Shown: piece after piece, positions 23,972 through 36,964 of the stretch
How the letters are laid out: the number at the start of each line of letters is the position of its first letter
Numbering within the stretch: the first letter of the stretch is position 1
NCBI GenBank assembly: GCA_951406725.2
Contig: OX597815.1
Span: 162,378,001 to 162,442,000, forward strand
Source: Octopus vulgaris
Taxonomy: Eukaryota
DNA: 64,000 nt
Direction of reading: 5' to 3'
Notes under the pieces: model-generated
The model's input: only the letters and a program-made list of their open reading frames with translations
Database searches by the model: none
What the model was told of the DNA's origin: nothing
Translations under genes and position numbers: made by a program

Positions 23972-24411
23972 CAGCAGCAGCAGCAGTAGTATCATTATTA
24001 TATGGGAAGATGCCTGGCAGACTCAGTAGTGTGCCGACGCTCTAACAGTTCTGCTTAACGATAGATTATTAATACTACAAAACTATCATATTTAGTAAAC
24101 AAAGTAAGAACCATTAACCTAGTACTGTTCTCTCCCTCTTCCTCCCTCTTTCTTCCTCGCTCTCATTCACACATGCGCGCGCACACACACTTGCGCCCCC
24201 CCCCCAACACAATCTTTCTCTAAACGTTCACTAAATGAATAGCTTAACCTATTTAGTGCTAAAAGCAATTTTTTGAATAACATCCTACTTACGACTCTCC
24301 TCTTCCTTCCTTCACTTTTCTTATCTAGCTATACCGTTAAACACACACATACATACAAACAAACACACAAACACAACCCCTACCCACCCACACATACACA
24401 CTCAAATATAT

Positions 24412-24640
24412 ATTTCTTTACTACCCACAAGGGGCTAAACACAGAGGGGACAAACAAGGACAGACAAAGCGATTAAGTCGATTCCATCGCCCCCAGTGCG
24501 TAACTGGTGCTTAATTTATTGACCCCGAAAGGATGAAAGGCAAAGTTGACCTCGGCGGAATTTGAACTCAGAACGTAACGGCAGACGAAATACGGTTACG
24601 CATTTCGCCCGGCGTGCTACCGTTTCTGCCAGTTCGCCAA
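24412..24640 (-). mobile_element. SINE family 1
   Basis: Reverse complement of the 421-644 type. Confidence 0.85.
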
Positions 24641-24833
24641 GCAATCAACATTGTCCTCTCTCATTGACATAAGTTTAGCACAGCTATTACAAGTGTGCTC
24701 CCTACCCGACTTTATTTCCTCATAACTTATAAAAAAAAACGAATATGTAAAAGGTATTTCATAACTTAGAGAAAATGAATATTTTTTAGTTGAGAAATCT
24801 TTTTGTTGTGCTTTGGGTTCTTGAGCAAGACTC

Positions 24834-25252
24834 GGATCTTTTCGGTTTGAACGGCAGTTTTTTCTAGCGGTGCCATATGAAATTGTCACCCATAATTATG
24901 ACCCTAGTATCGAACTATTGCATTTCAATCTATTTTAGGGTTAGGGTTAGGGTTGGAGTTGGGGGAAGGGTATCTTTTTTTCTTCACAAATGTAAATAAA
25001 CCCAATCTGTTTCTTAAACGAGGGACATATTCATACGGCACAGAATGTTTTCACCTCAATAGACGTCATTGATTGGTTGAAATTGAAGAAATTGAAGAAA
25101 AAACAACAAATATCTTACAAACTATAGAATTTTCTCAATAAAGCCAAGAGAAAAAGATGTTTTATAAACACATTCTACCAGTATACGAAGTTTAAAATTT
25201 TTTAGTTACCTAGAAATTATGTTAAAAACTGCCGTTCAAACTGAAAAGATCC
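24834..25252. mobile_element. Merlin-like MITE family 1 (copy 2)
   Basis: TIRs begin GG; perfect 8-bp TSD CAAGACTC at 24826-24833 and 25253-25260; similar to 21644-22062 throughout. Confidence 0.88.
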
Positions 25253-25676
25253 CAAGACTCTTTATTTCACTTTATTACTCCAGTTCCGCAGCTGAAGAAA
25301 TGCGTTGCGGCAACACTGGTGCCAAGCTGTATCGGCCTTAGCCTCTCCCTTGGCTATCATCAGTGGCATGGTGAGAAGAGACTGGTATGCATGGATGACT
25401 GTTGTGTATATTTCCACAAACAACGTTGCTCGGACTTGTGCCTCGCTGAGTAACAGTTTACATACAACGCCATGGCCCTTCGTAACCGAAGGGTTTATTT
25501 TTTTACCCTTGCCCTTTATCTTCTAGTGATAACATGAACATTTCTGAAATATTAGCTGAGGTATACCGCTGCATATTAGTATACCTAATAACACAAGAGA
25601 AGCGCTACAGAGATGCGTTTGATATTCGATGTGTGAGCTTCCTATGTTAGTTTAGACCATCCATATAGTTGTGAGT

Positions 25677-25915
25677 GGAGGCGCGTAGCTTAGGGTGTCA
25701 GCATCATGATCGTAAGATTGTGGTTTCGATTCCTGGACCGGGCGACGCGTTGTGTTCTTGAGCAAAACATTTTATTTCACGTTGCTCCAGTCCACTCAGC
25801 TGGCAAAAATGAGTAACGCTGCGATGGACTGGCATCCCATCCAGCTGGAGAACACATACGCCACGGAAACCGGGAAACCAGGCCCACGAGCCTGGCTAGG
25901 CTTTAAAAAGGGCAT
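25677..25915 (+). mobile_element. tRNA-derived SINE, family 3
   Basis: B-box GGTTTCGATTCC; core GTGTTCTTGAGCAAAACA...CTGCGATGGACTGGCATCCCATCCAG. Other copies at 31790-32030 (-) and 33033-33190 (+). Confidence 0.8.
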
Positions 25916-26173
25916 ACGTATTTGTTAACAAAACTGTCCGATGGACGGGACCGTGAAACTCTGAGTAACAGCTTTTGTTATATTTTCTACTGCTTTTAAA
26001 TAAAGCATATCATTCTATCTCTGGTATTTGAGTACTCTTTTTTTCCACCTTGTTTAACACTTATGTGCTTACTCCGGTATATATATATTTATGTAGGTAT
26101 TTTGAACATGGACTCAAAGCGGTACCGATAACAGAAAACGACCTCCTACATTCCAATTATTTGGTTCCAGTCT

Positions 26174-26331
26174 CAGGTGCGATTCCAGGAACTTTTCGAA
26201 GGGAGGATACAAAGTCAGAAGGGAATACAATTCTAGGAGAAAAGGGTGTAATAACATTATTTAGAAGGGCGCACTTCTTTTCTTGAGAGAGGGCACGGTC
26301 CCCTCAGCCTACCCCCACTGGGTCGGCCCCT
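26174..26331. mobile_element. Possible PIF/Harbinger-type MITE
   Basis: Imperfect TIRs AGGTGCGATTCCAG / CTGGGTCGGCCCCT. Confidence 0.35.
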
Positions 26332-27089
26332 GACTTTTTCACTTCAACTATTACCTCGATCTACGTATTGTTAATTATAGGTGTTTATAGACGTTTAAAT
26401 TAAAGTATAAATCGCAGAACTTTATTCCAACGATGATATCCAACGGTTATTATTTCTCTGTTTTGTTAAGGCGGCGAGCTGGCAGAAACGTTAGCACGCC
26501 GGGCGAAATGCTTAGCGCGAAGTTTGAAAGCGAACAAGTTACAATGGCGATGGCAGCTTAGTTGAAGAGTAACTTGTCGGAAAATTCTTCTGTGCTAGTA
26601 AAAGACTTGCCAAGAGCCTTGGCAAGAAGCCTGAAAACTATTCTGTAATTTGGGAGGTGAAAGTCCTTGCAGACCTTGTAATACCAAAACGCATTACTTG
26701 TTCTGATGATTATCTTGCAAATGTGCCAGAGATAGGCAAACACCTCCCAGTCATTATTCTCGACAATTTCAAAGCATTATTTGCACGATGCACTGTATTT
26801 GTTTCGCAAATTGACGGAGTATGTGAAAATCCTCAAGGGCGCTTATCTTCTCAAGAAAACATTTATTATATAAATCTTCATGTTAACGGTTACTTGAGAT
26901 GCGCCTTCACATATTTGAACGTTCCTTCACCTTTAACCCTGCAAAGCCACGAACCAAACAAAGGAGTTTGTATATGGTCAATTGACTGGCTGAAAATAGC
27001 AGTTAAAACTCACCCAAATTATATCCTTTAAAAAAGGACACAGTGAATTGTTGTTGTCCAAAATACATTATACATGGTAAAGAAATCAG

Positions 27090-27475
27090 GGATCTTTTCC
27101 CTTTCAACGGCAGATCAAGAAATTAATTTTTTGTAACTAGACACTTTCAAACTTCGGACACTGGTAGAATGTGCCATATAAAACATCTTTTACTCTTAGT
27201 GTTGTTGACAAAAGTTTATATTTACGAAGTTATTTCGTGTTAAAGTTGTCGTATTTCGGTAATTTCAACCAATCAATGACGTGTATTCAGCTGAATAAAA
27301 TTACTGCTGTTGTTTGTCAACAACAATATCCGGCGAGGTATATATTTCGTTTGTCACTGTTATTTATGATACATTTCATCTCAGTTATGTTTGTATGAAT
27401 AAACGAGTATATCTGAAGCATGTTTACTTCATAGCACCACCATAATCGTTCGTGCATTTCTACTGCTTTTATTTT
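27090..27475. mobile_element. Merlin-like MITE family 2, left part
   Basis: Starts GGATCTTTTCCCTTTCAACGGCAG, related to the family-1 TIR; shares internal sequence with 11810-12025. Confidence 0.6.
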
Positions 27476-27654
27476 TTCTTCCTGTTTTTCAGCTACTATT
27501 TTCGGAAAGACTTTTTTGCTCCCCTCCCCCTCCATTTTCTTCATTTTTCACTTTGTAAAATTTTCTTTAAGAATTTTTTTTCTAAATATGCAGAAAAATA
27601 CGGACATCATGATTCGGACAAAAATTTCAAAACATTTCTGTATTTACGGTTACA

Positions 27655-27755
27655 GTTTTAGGGTTAGGGTTAGGGTTTTAGGGTTAGGGTTAGGGTTAGG
27701 GTTAGGGTGTTAGGGTTAGAGTTTTAGGGTCGGGTTAGGGTTTTAGGGTTAGTGT
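27655..27755 (+). repeat. Interstitial degenerate (TTAGGG)n tract
   Basis: About 14 TTAGGG-like units with variants (TTTTAGGG, TTAGAG, TCGGG). Confidence 0.9.
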
Positions 27756-28236
27756 TGGGGAAAAAAGTCAAAATTGAAGAAGTTGGGGGAAAGTGGGGTG
27801 GAAATTTAACAATGTCGATTTTTGTCAATTTTCCGGAACCTCCATATCTGGAAACGGTGATTTTCGGAAAAAAAAATTACAAAAGTAAACAAATTTGGTA
27901 GAAAATGGTGGGGGTGGGGGGAGACGGGCGGAAGTCTTTCCGTAATGAGTTCCAGCGGAAGACTGGTGCAGTGTTCTATCCCTCCAACTGTCACTTCTTG
28001 ATGTTCCATAAGGGCCGAAAATGAAACGGTGAAGAGGTTGTCTATGTCTGGTCGTGAATAAATATATACCTAAAACAACTAACGCAAGCCTTGTGTATGT
28101 TATCAAGCCGTCACTCGTGACGTCTGGCTGTACTGTATTGTACTTTATAAAAATGCAACCCTTGTGCAAGTTTTATTGTAAATTTGATTTCAGATTGTAA
28201 AAAGACAATGTATTCTGAACCATATACAGCATATAC

Positions 28237-28711
28237 AAGACATACAGCATCTCGAAAGAGTCCAGAGGCTGGCTACCCGCATGGTTCATGGTCTCAAAAA
28301 TTTGTCCTACGAAGAAAGGCTGAGGACGCTCGACCTTTATTCTCTTGAAAAACGCCGCCGCCGTGGTGATCTCATTCTCGCCCACAACATCATAAGCGGG
28401 AAGTGTAACCTCTCGAAAGAGCTGTTCTTCACTCCTGCTCCGGAGCGTCGGCTGCGGGGTCATTCCGAAAAGCTCTACCTGCGACGATTTCATCTCAATC
28501 GAAGGAGAGGAGCTTTCTCCGTCCGGGTTGCGGATCCGTGGAACAAGCTGCCAGACGAGATGGTGAAGATGCCGACGACCGCTTTGTTCAAAGCCTCCCT
28601 GGACCTCAAGTGGCCTGAACTCTTTACATGAACACCACCCTGTACTTAACTCCATGTCCCCCTACATGACCTTGCTATTTGCTTTTGAGCCAAATTAACT
28701 AACTAACTAAC
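28237..28711 (+). mobile_element. CR1-clade LINE, 5'-truncated 3' end (copy 2)
   Basis: Only about 4 substitutions relative to 56808-57281; (TAAC)n tail. Confidence 0.92.
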
Positions 28712-29185
28712 ATATCATAAAAAACTATCAGCTGTCGAATTTCAGATAAGAAGAGCAACTTTTTTTTCTCCTTTCAGAATATTTGTAACGTAGGCTGTGT
28801 GGTCAAAAAGATTGTTTTGCAACCATATAGTATCAGGTTCGGCATCTTGGGAAAGTATTCTCAACAATAGTCCCGGGCCAACCAATGCTTTGTGAGTGAA
28901 TTTGGTAGACGAAAAATGTGTGGAAGCTGGACTCTTCCGTTGATGAAAAATCGCTCCAATAAACCACGACGTTTGAACCTTTTTAAACGTTTTTGAACCT
29001 TGTTTTTTTCTTATTTTTTTAAATCCGCAAGTTTTTTTAAAATTCTCTCTCTGTTTATTTAATCGTGTTCCTTTCTGTTGAAGAGCGTAGGCTCGAAACA
29101 TAAAAGGCTTTCTCACCTTTCCGAGCGTCAAACTAATACACCTGCTAGTCGTTTTATACACCTGTCTTCGTCTTTTGTTTTTCTG

Positions 29186-29187
<2 letters not shown>

Positions 29188-29283
<96 letters not shown>

Positions 29284-29284
29284 T
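29188..29284. repeat. (TA)n + (TATG)n microsatellite
   Basis: Read directly. Confidence 0.95.
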
Positions 29285-29436
29285 AGTAATATACCGGTGA
29301 GATACAAGGATCAAGGTGTAGGAAATTAGTAAGCTTCGAGCAATCTGTAGAAGGTATAAAAAACAACTTTCAGGAACAATAGTGGTTTATTGGTGTAGAA
29401 GGTTGTAAATTTTTCCCATATCGAAGTTCAACAAGT

Positions 29437-29501
<65 letters not shown>

Positions 29502-30496
29502 GCCAATTTTCTTGATAATGTTTACTGTCGCCTTTTACTGACCTCCAAATTGAGCATGAACGGCAAAATTATAGCAATATCTTCACAGTGATAATCAATA
29601 CACATTGCACCATCATAGGCTGTATATGCCAAATTTTTTTTCGAATTCCGATTGGTCATTTAACCTGCTCGACCAAACCGTGAAATGCCGCAATTATTAT
29701 GTCACCAGATGATTCAGACGGACCAGACTCCTATATTGCTGTTCACATGTTCATATCCCGAAGTATACGTATGACTTTTTGGTTTACAGTCGAAGAAAAG
29801 TGAAAGTAAATTACGATAGAAATCGGAAGTGACGTCAGTGACATAAAATTTCATAAAAGAGCTCCTTCATTATACGACCTCTACAGGCCTCTAGAAGCCA
29901 AGTATATTCTAGTGATTCTAGTGATGTGTTAAGTATTTCAGAAATAGCAGCTGAGGTACACCGTTTCAACGTACTATACCGAGTAGTGAACATTACTAAG
30001 AAAGGAGTTTGATGGCATTTTGTGGCCAGTACAGTTACATGTAAGCAAAGCAGTAATCTTGCACGATTAATGAGCCATGTAGAAAGAACTGGTGGGAAGC
30101 AGTGGCGTTGCTTCTATGGATTCACTTGGAATATACGAGCCAATTCCTTTTTTGAAAAGAGTTATTTGGTTGAGTGGTAAAGAGCTTGTTTCCCAACTAC
30201 ATGGGTGTGAGTTCGGTCTCACTGCGTGACGCCTTGGGCAAGTGTCTTCTACTCTAGCCTCGGATCGACCAAAGCCATGTAAGTGGATTTGGTAGACGGA
30301 TACTGAAAGAAGCCCGTCGTTTTGGCGCCACCAGAAGGGATTCAATATTATCGTAAGGCGCGAAATTGCATTTGATTCTCTGGCAGATAGCTGATAATGA
30401 TTTGGTGACCTTCTGTGTTTGTTTTCTGTTTATTTGTGCATTTATTATATTCTTTTACATGTTTCAGTCAAGCTGGAACACCATCTTTTTAACTTA

Positions 30497-30531
<35 letters not shown>

Positions 30532-30534
30532 TAC

Positions 30535-30565
<31 letters not shown>

Positions 30566-31789
30566 TGTATGTATGTATGTATGTATGTGAGAGTGTCTTT
30601 GTGTTTGTCCTCCATCACCGTTTGACGACTGACGTTAGTGTGCATACGCCACCGTAACTTAGCGGTTCAGCACAGGGAACGAGAGAATAAGTACGAGGCT
30701 TTAAAAAAGTCTTGAGATCAATTTGTTCGACTGAAACCCTTCAAGTCGGTGCCCTAGAATGGCCGCAGTTAAATGACTAAAATGTATAAACAAAACAAAA
30801 ATACAACAACACTTAATACACACATGAGTAAGAGACTATCCGAAGAACGAAGTTACGTTCATTCTACACATCGGTTATATCACATACATTGCTTACATGA
30901 AATTATGCGAAGTTACTGTCGGTTCTATAGCAATTTACTTTTTTTTTATTCTCTTTTTTTTTGTTTTGGACAATTTTTATTGTTTATTTTGGGCAATTTA
31001 CTTTAATTTTTTTCTTACCATGATAAACTGACTGTTTATCGACTTTTTTTCACGCTGGCTGCATTCTTCTATTATAAAACTGTTACTCTGACTAAACACA
31101 GCCGGTTAAATGTTGACCCTATTTCTCAAGAGAGGTTTAACAGCATTTCGCATATTTTATTAATGTAGGACTCATTTTATATACTTATCTAGTCAACCAC
31201 ATTTTATTTCAATTCATTTACGAGCAGATCTACTGTTATCTCTTAAATTCTGCTAGAGGAAATATCTAGGCGTTGCCCCGAGCTAACGGGGACATCATTA
31301 CATTGTCATTCAGCTACGTAATTGAGATTCCCGTTATTTGGAGAGCGTCTTTACCAGTGAAATCCATTTTATGAAGTTAACGAGTATAGAAATGAGATAT
31401 CCGTGTTACTCAAACAGCAAATACGAAAATAAAATCTCGATTTCAAAAGCACATGCATGCTGTGGGGTGAAGAAGTTCGCTTCCCGACCTATTTTTTTAT
31501 GGGTGTAATTTGAGTGTGTTCTGACTGCTATTTCTAGCCGATCACTTGACCGGCTACAATTAGCAGCGTAAGCTCACTTGTTTGGTTCAAGGCTTTGGTG
31601 AGTAAAAAGAGGTTTCGATTCCACTGCGTGGCACCTTGGACAAGTGTTTTCTACTATAGCCTAAGGCCGACCAAGCTTTGTGAGTGAACTTAGACGGAAA
31701 TTGAAAGACGCCCTTCGCGCATGCGAAGGTAGTTGATCTCTATGTAGTAGTGATTATATTTGCATACTTGGTCTTTTAATAAAAAAAAA

Positions 31790-32030
31790 TGCGCTCTTTT
31801 AAAACCTAGCCAGGCTCATGGGCCCGGTTTCTCGGTTTCAATGGCGTATGTGTTCCCCAGCTGGACAGGACGCCAGTCCATCGTAGCGTTATTTATTTTT
31901 GCCAGCTGAGTGTACTGGAGCAACGTGAAATGAAGTGTTTTGCTCAAAAACACAACGCGTCGCCCGGTCCAGGAATCGAAACCACAATTTTACGATCATG
32001 ATGCTGACACCCTAACCACTAAGCCACTTG
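31790..32030 (-). mobile_element. SINE family 3
   Basis: Reverse complement of 25677-25915. Confidence 0.8.
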
Positions 32031-32918
32031 GGCTTTACATTTCCTTTAAATATAGTCGCTTTTTTATTGCATAAGTGATAATACGTTCGCGCGCGTGCGC
32101 ACACATACACACATCGTTTCTCTCTCAAAGAAATATTTTCAGTTCTAGTGTCGCTGTTTTAGTTACGGTGATCTCGTTTACGTGATGGTACTCTTAGTTT
32201 GTATGGTTCTTCTTTCCATAACTGGTGCCTTAGCAACAGCAATTTAATTTAAACACTGTTTCTTCTTTGAATACCAAGAATATGTCTTGTAGGCATCAAT
32301 TATAACCAACTTGGAATCTTTTATTCTAATGTCACCTATCGTTTTAATTGTACATCCATTAAATTTATTTACTGTAAAGAACCTCTTCGCGGTTGCTTGA
32401 CCTGATTGAAATAGTAACCAAATCTTCCCGAGATCGCACTTTACCATTTTGAAAACAGTGGAGATACATTAGATAATTCATAGGAAAGATTACAGAAAAG
32501 TTTAATAAAGTACGATTTCCATGAAAAGTAAAAAAAAACCTGACGTTTCGGTCTCTTGCTCTTCACCAAAGCGTGAGGAAGAGAAAAATCAAGTTGCAGT
32601 ATCACTTTGGGTGTTAGCAAGTAAAGTGACAACATCATTTTGTCTCTCACCTCCTCTCCCATAATCTTGGCAAGTTACGGCTGTGGATTCAACAAGATCG
32701 TTGTTTCAGTTCCTGGATCGGGCGATGTGTTATTCAGTTGTAAATGAGAACGTCAGTAATGGACTGGCGTCCCGTTCACAGGGGATGTTGTGATCCCGAT
32801 CATTCATACGTCGTGTAAACCGGGTAATCGGCCCTTTGAGTCCGAAGACTCGAGTCAGTAGCGTCCAGGGGATGATGATGATGATGTCACCTAACAGTAA
32901 TGAAAACACATACGCATA

Positions 32919-33020
<102 letters not shown>

Positions 33021-33819
33021 GTATACATACAAATTGTGGTTTCGATTCCTGGACCGGGCGACGCGTTGTGTTTTTGAGCAAAACACTTCATTTCACGTTG
33101 CTCCAGTACACTCAGCTGGCAAAAATAAATAACACTACGATGGACTGGCGTCCTGTCCAGCTGGGGAACACATACGCCATTGAAACCGAGAAATTGTATA
33201 TATATATATACAATTTACATCTAATATAGGATAAAATTTTTGAAAATTTTTTATCAATGGCCAGCATATTAAAAAATACCTTTAAAGGTTAAATTTATAA
33301 ACAACTTATAAACAAGGGCAAAAGAAAAATATTCCAATGCCGAAAATAGACTTAATCGTCAATAATCATATAATTTATCACTATATATGCGTGTGTGTGT
33401 ATGTGTGTATGTGTGTGTGTGTATGTATATATATATAGAGAGAGAAAGAGAGAGAGTGAGAGAATATATGTACACACACGCACAGAGCATACTACGTCAT
33501 ACACACACTTACTCACACACACACACACGCACACACACACAAACCAGTACATCATTTCCGTAACCACGCACTATGTAGGCAGAATCGCCAAAAACGTCTG
33601 CTAAAACATTGCATTTCGGTATTCGTTCCAGTTCTTTACATTTTGAGTTCAAAGGTTCAAATCCACCTGAGGTCAGCTTCACATTTCACCCCTTCGCGGT
33701 CGATAAATAAAGTACCAGTTCAATCCTGGGTTCGATTCTTCTCTGCTTCTCTCTTTCTCACGGAGTAATCCACTATGGTCAGACTATAGAGGGACCGATT
33801 CTACCAATTTTAAAATACT

Positions 33820-34710
33820 GGTAGCTCCGTGGTAAGAAGATTCCTTCCCAACTTCATGGTTCCAGGTTCAGTCCCATTAGGTGGTATCTTTGGAAAGCGT
33901 CTTCCACTATAACCTTAGACTGACCAAAGCCTTATGAGTGGATTTGGTTGACGGAAACTGAAAGAGCCCCGTCGTATGTGTTTGTGTGGGGGTGGGGTCC
34001 CACCACCACTTGACAACCGGTGTTGGTGTGTTCCCGTGACCTAGCAGTTCAACAAAGGATTCCCGGTTGAATAAGTAGCAGGCTTTAGAAAAATATAATA
34101 AGTACTGGAGTCGACACGTTCGACTAAAATTCTTCAAGGTTGTGCCCCAGCATGGTCGCAGTGTAATGACGGAGACAAATAAAAGATAAAAGATGAAAGA
34201 TACACAGCATATGGTCGAAGGCATGGCTGTGCGGTAAGAAGCTTGCTTCCCAACCACATAGTTCCGAGTTCAGTTCCACTGTGTGCACCATGGGCAAGTG
34301 CCTTCTACTATAGCCTGGAGCCGACCAAAGCCTTGTGAATAGATTTGGTAGACGGAAATTGAAAGAAGACCATCGTATATAATGTGTGTGTGTGTATTTG
34401 ATCCCACCCCACCATTGCTTGAGAACTGATGTTGGTATGTTTATGTCCCTATAAGATAGCGGTTCGGTAAAAGGGTCCGATAGAATAAGAACTAGACAGG
34501 GGGGAATGTACGTATGCGTGTGTTCGCGCGCGCGTGTCTCCCACCACCGCTTGACAACTGGTGTTGATGTCTTTACGACCCCGTAATATGGCGGTTTGGC
34601 AAAGGAGACCAATAGAATTAGGACCTGGCTTTAAAACAAAAAAGTACTGTAGTCGATTTAATCGACTAAAATTCATGAAGGCAATGCCCCAGCATGGCCG
34701 CAGTCTAATA
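33820..34710 (+). mobile_element. Cluster of SINE family 2 copies
   Basis: Two heads (about 33820 and 34220) and three 3' halves. Confidence 0.75.
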
Positions 34711-34712
34711 AC

Positions 34713-35340
34713 TTATTTCTTTATTACCCACAAGGGGCTAAACACAAAGGAGACAAACAAGGACAGACAGACGGATTAAGTCGATTATATCGACCGCAGT
34801 GCGTAACTGGTACTTAATTTATCTGTTTCTTTACTACCCACAAGGGGCTAAACACAGAGGGAACAAACAAGGACAGACAAACGGATTAAGTCGATTACAT
34901 CGACCCCAGTGCGTAACTGGTATTTAATTTATCGACCTCGAAAGGATGAAAGGCAAAGTCGACCTCGGCGGAATTTGAACTCAGAACATAGTGGCAGACG
35001 AAATACCTATTTCTTTACTACCCACAAGGGGCTAAACACAGAAGGGACAAACAAGGACAGACAAGCGGATTAAGTCGATTATATCGACCGCAGTGCGTAA
35101 CTGGTACTTAATTTATCTGTTTCTTTACTACCCACAAGGGGCTAAACACAGAGGGGACAAACAAGGACAGACAAGCGGATTAAGTCGATTACATCGACCG
35201 CAGTGCGTAACTGGTACTTAATTTCTCGACTCCGAAAGGATGAAAGGCAAAGTCGACCTCGGCGGAATTTGAACTCAGAACGTAGCGACAGACGAAATAC
35301 TGCTAAGCATTTTGCCAGGCGTGCTAACGTTTCTGCTTGC
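34713..35340 (-). mobile_element. Head-to-tail multimer of SINE family 1 (one near-full copy plus three 3' pieces)
   Basis: TTTCTTTA(C/T)TACCCACAAGGGGCTAAACAC recurs at about 34716, 34825, 35010 and 35120. Confidence 0.9.
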
Positions 35341-35616
35341 TGAAACAAGACAAGCAAAAAACGAGTAAAAACACCCAACAAAACAAGACTTCCGACCTTT
35401 ATTCTTTTGTGTATTTATATGTTGGTCGATAGTTTGATAACTTATCTGTTCTATTTAATTCATTAATATATTTGGCTTATTTTAATTACTTGAGTTAATC
35501 TATTTTGCTTCTTTCTCTTTGTTCGTTGGGGTTTTTTTTTTCTCTCTCTCTCATTCCTTTCTCCATTTCATTTCTTGCGTAAATATTTTTTTACTCAGTG
35601 ACGTAGTGAAGATTAA

Positions 35617-35689
<73 letters not shown>

Positions 35690-36067
35690 GCTACCACACT
35701 TCTCGTGGAAAGTTTAAAATTAATGACGCTCGTCGCATGGAAAGCTAATATAAAACACAAAAGACTTTTTACATTCAAAGTTTGATAAAAAAAAAAAGAT
35801 AATGATATAGAAGGTTGTTTGTTTTCTGAATCCACTTGTGGAATATTTGCGGAAAGGATTGTGAGTCAAACGGAGGCGATCCTATATCTACATAGAGTGT
35901 ATTAATTATTATATTGAGTACAAAGGTGCCGAGGGTAAATTTGCCTTTCATCCTTTCGGAATCGATAGAATAAGTACCAGTTAAGGGGTCTTTGTGGTTT
36001 GAGTCCCTGCATGTCGAAATCTTAAAAAAAAAATTAATGTAGGCGTCGGAGTGGCTGCGTGGTAAGT

Positions 36068-36470
36068 ATAGGCGCAGGAGTGGCTGTGTGGTAAGTAGCT
36101 TGCTTACCAACATCATGGTTCCGGGTTCAGTCCTACAGTGTGGCACCTTGGGCAAGTGTCTTCTGTTATAGCCTCGTGCCGACCAAAGCCTTGCGAGTGG
36201 ATTTGGTAGACGGAAATTGAAAGAAGCCCGTCGTATATATGTATATGTATATATATGTGAATGTGTGTGTTTGTGTTTGTCTTCCCAACATCGCTTGACA
36301 ACCGATGCTCGTGTGTTTACGTCCCCGTAACTTAGCGGTTCGGCAAAAGAGACCGATAAAATAAGTACTAGGCTTACAAAGTATAAGTCCTGGGGTCGAT
36401 TTGCTCAACTAAAGGCGGTGCTCCAGCACGGCCGCAATCAAATGACTGAAACAAGTAAAAGAGTAAAAGA
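36068..36470 (+). mobile_element. SINE family 2, full length
   Basis: GGCGCAGGAGTGGCTGTGTGGTAAG...GACTGAAACAAGTAAAAGAG. Confidence 0.85.
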
Positions 36471-36964
36471 GTGTAGCATATGAATGTAATTTCTGACGCT
36501 GAATCCGAATTTGGTATTCATTTATTCCAGAAAAAATTTTGCGAAAATGTTAAGAGGTGTTCAAAGTTCGATAATATTCAGAATTTTCAGCTAATCAGAA
36601 AACAGCGCGTTCGCTTCCTCTTCCATCATCTGTCACAGTAGCGAGAAGGGGGAGGGGTTGGTTGGCATGTCAAAATCTTCATACTGTTCTCTAATCGAAT
36701 TCCTACTGTTATAAAAATAATTATGGGATACGTGGTGGTTACACTCCTTGGTTACTATGGAAACATAGTTCTTTGCTTACTATACTAACAAAAATACTTC
36801 ACGGAGATGTGTAAAATATTCGCTTCTGATTGGCTAAAATACCCAAAGTTTGCAAACTTTAAATGCTAATAACTTTTCAGTTATAAATTTATAGGGAAAA
36901 TGATTTAAAAAAAAAAAAAAAAACTGGAACAAAGTTGGAGACTGTGATTCACACCACAAAGATC

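Noticed and set aside
27655-27755. True telomere or chromosome end
   Set aside because: Short, degenerate and internal.
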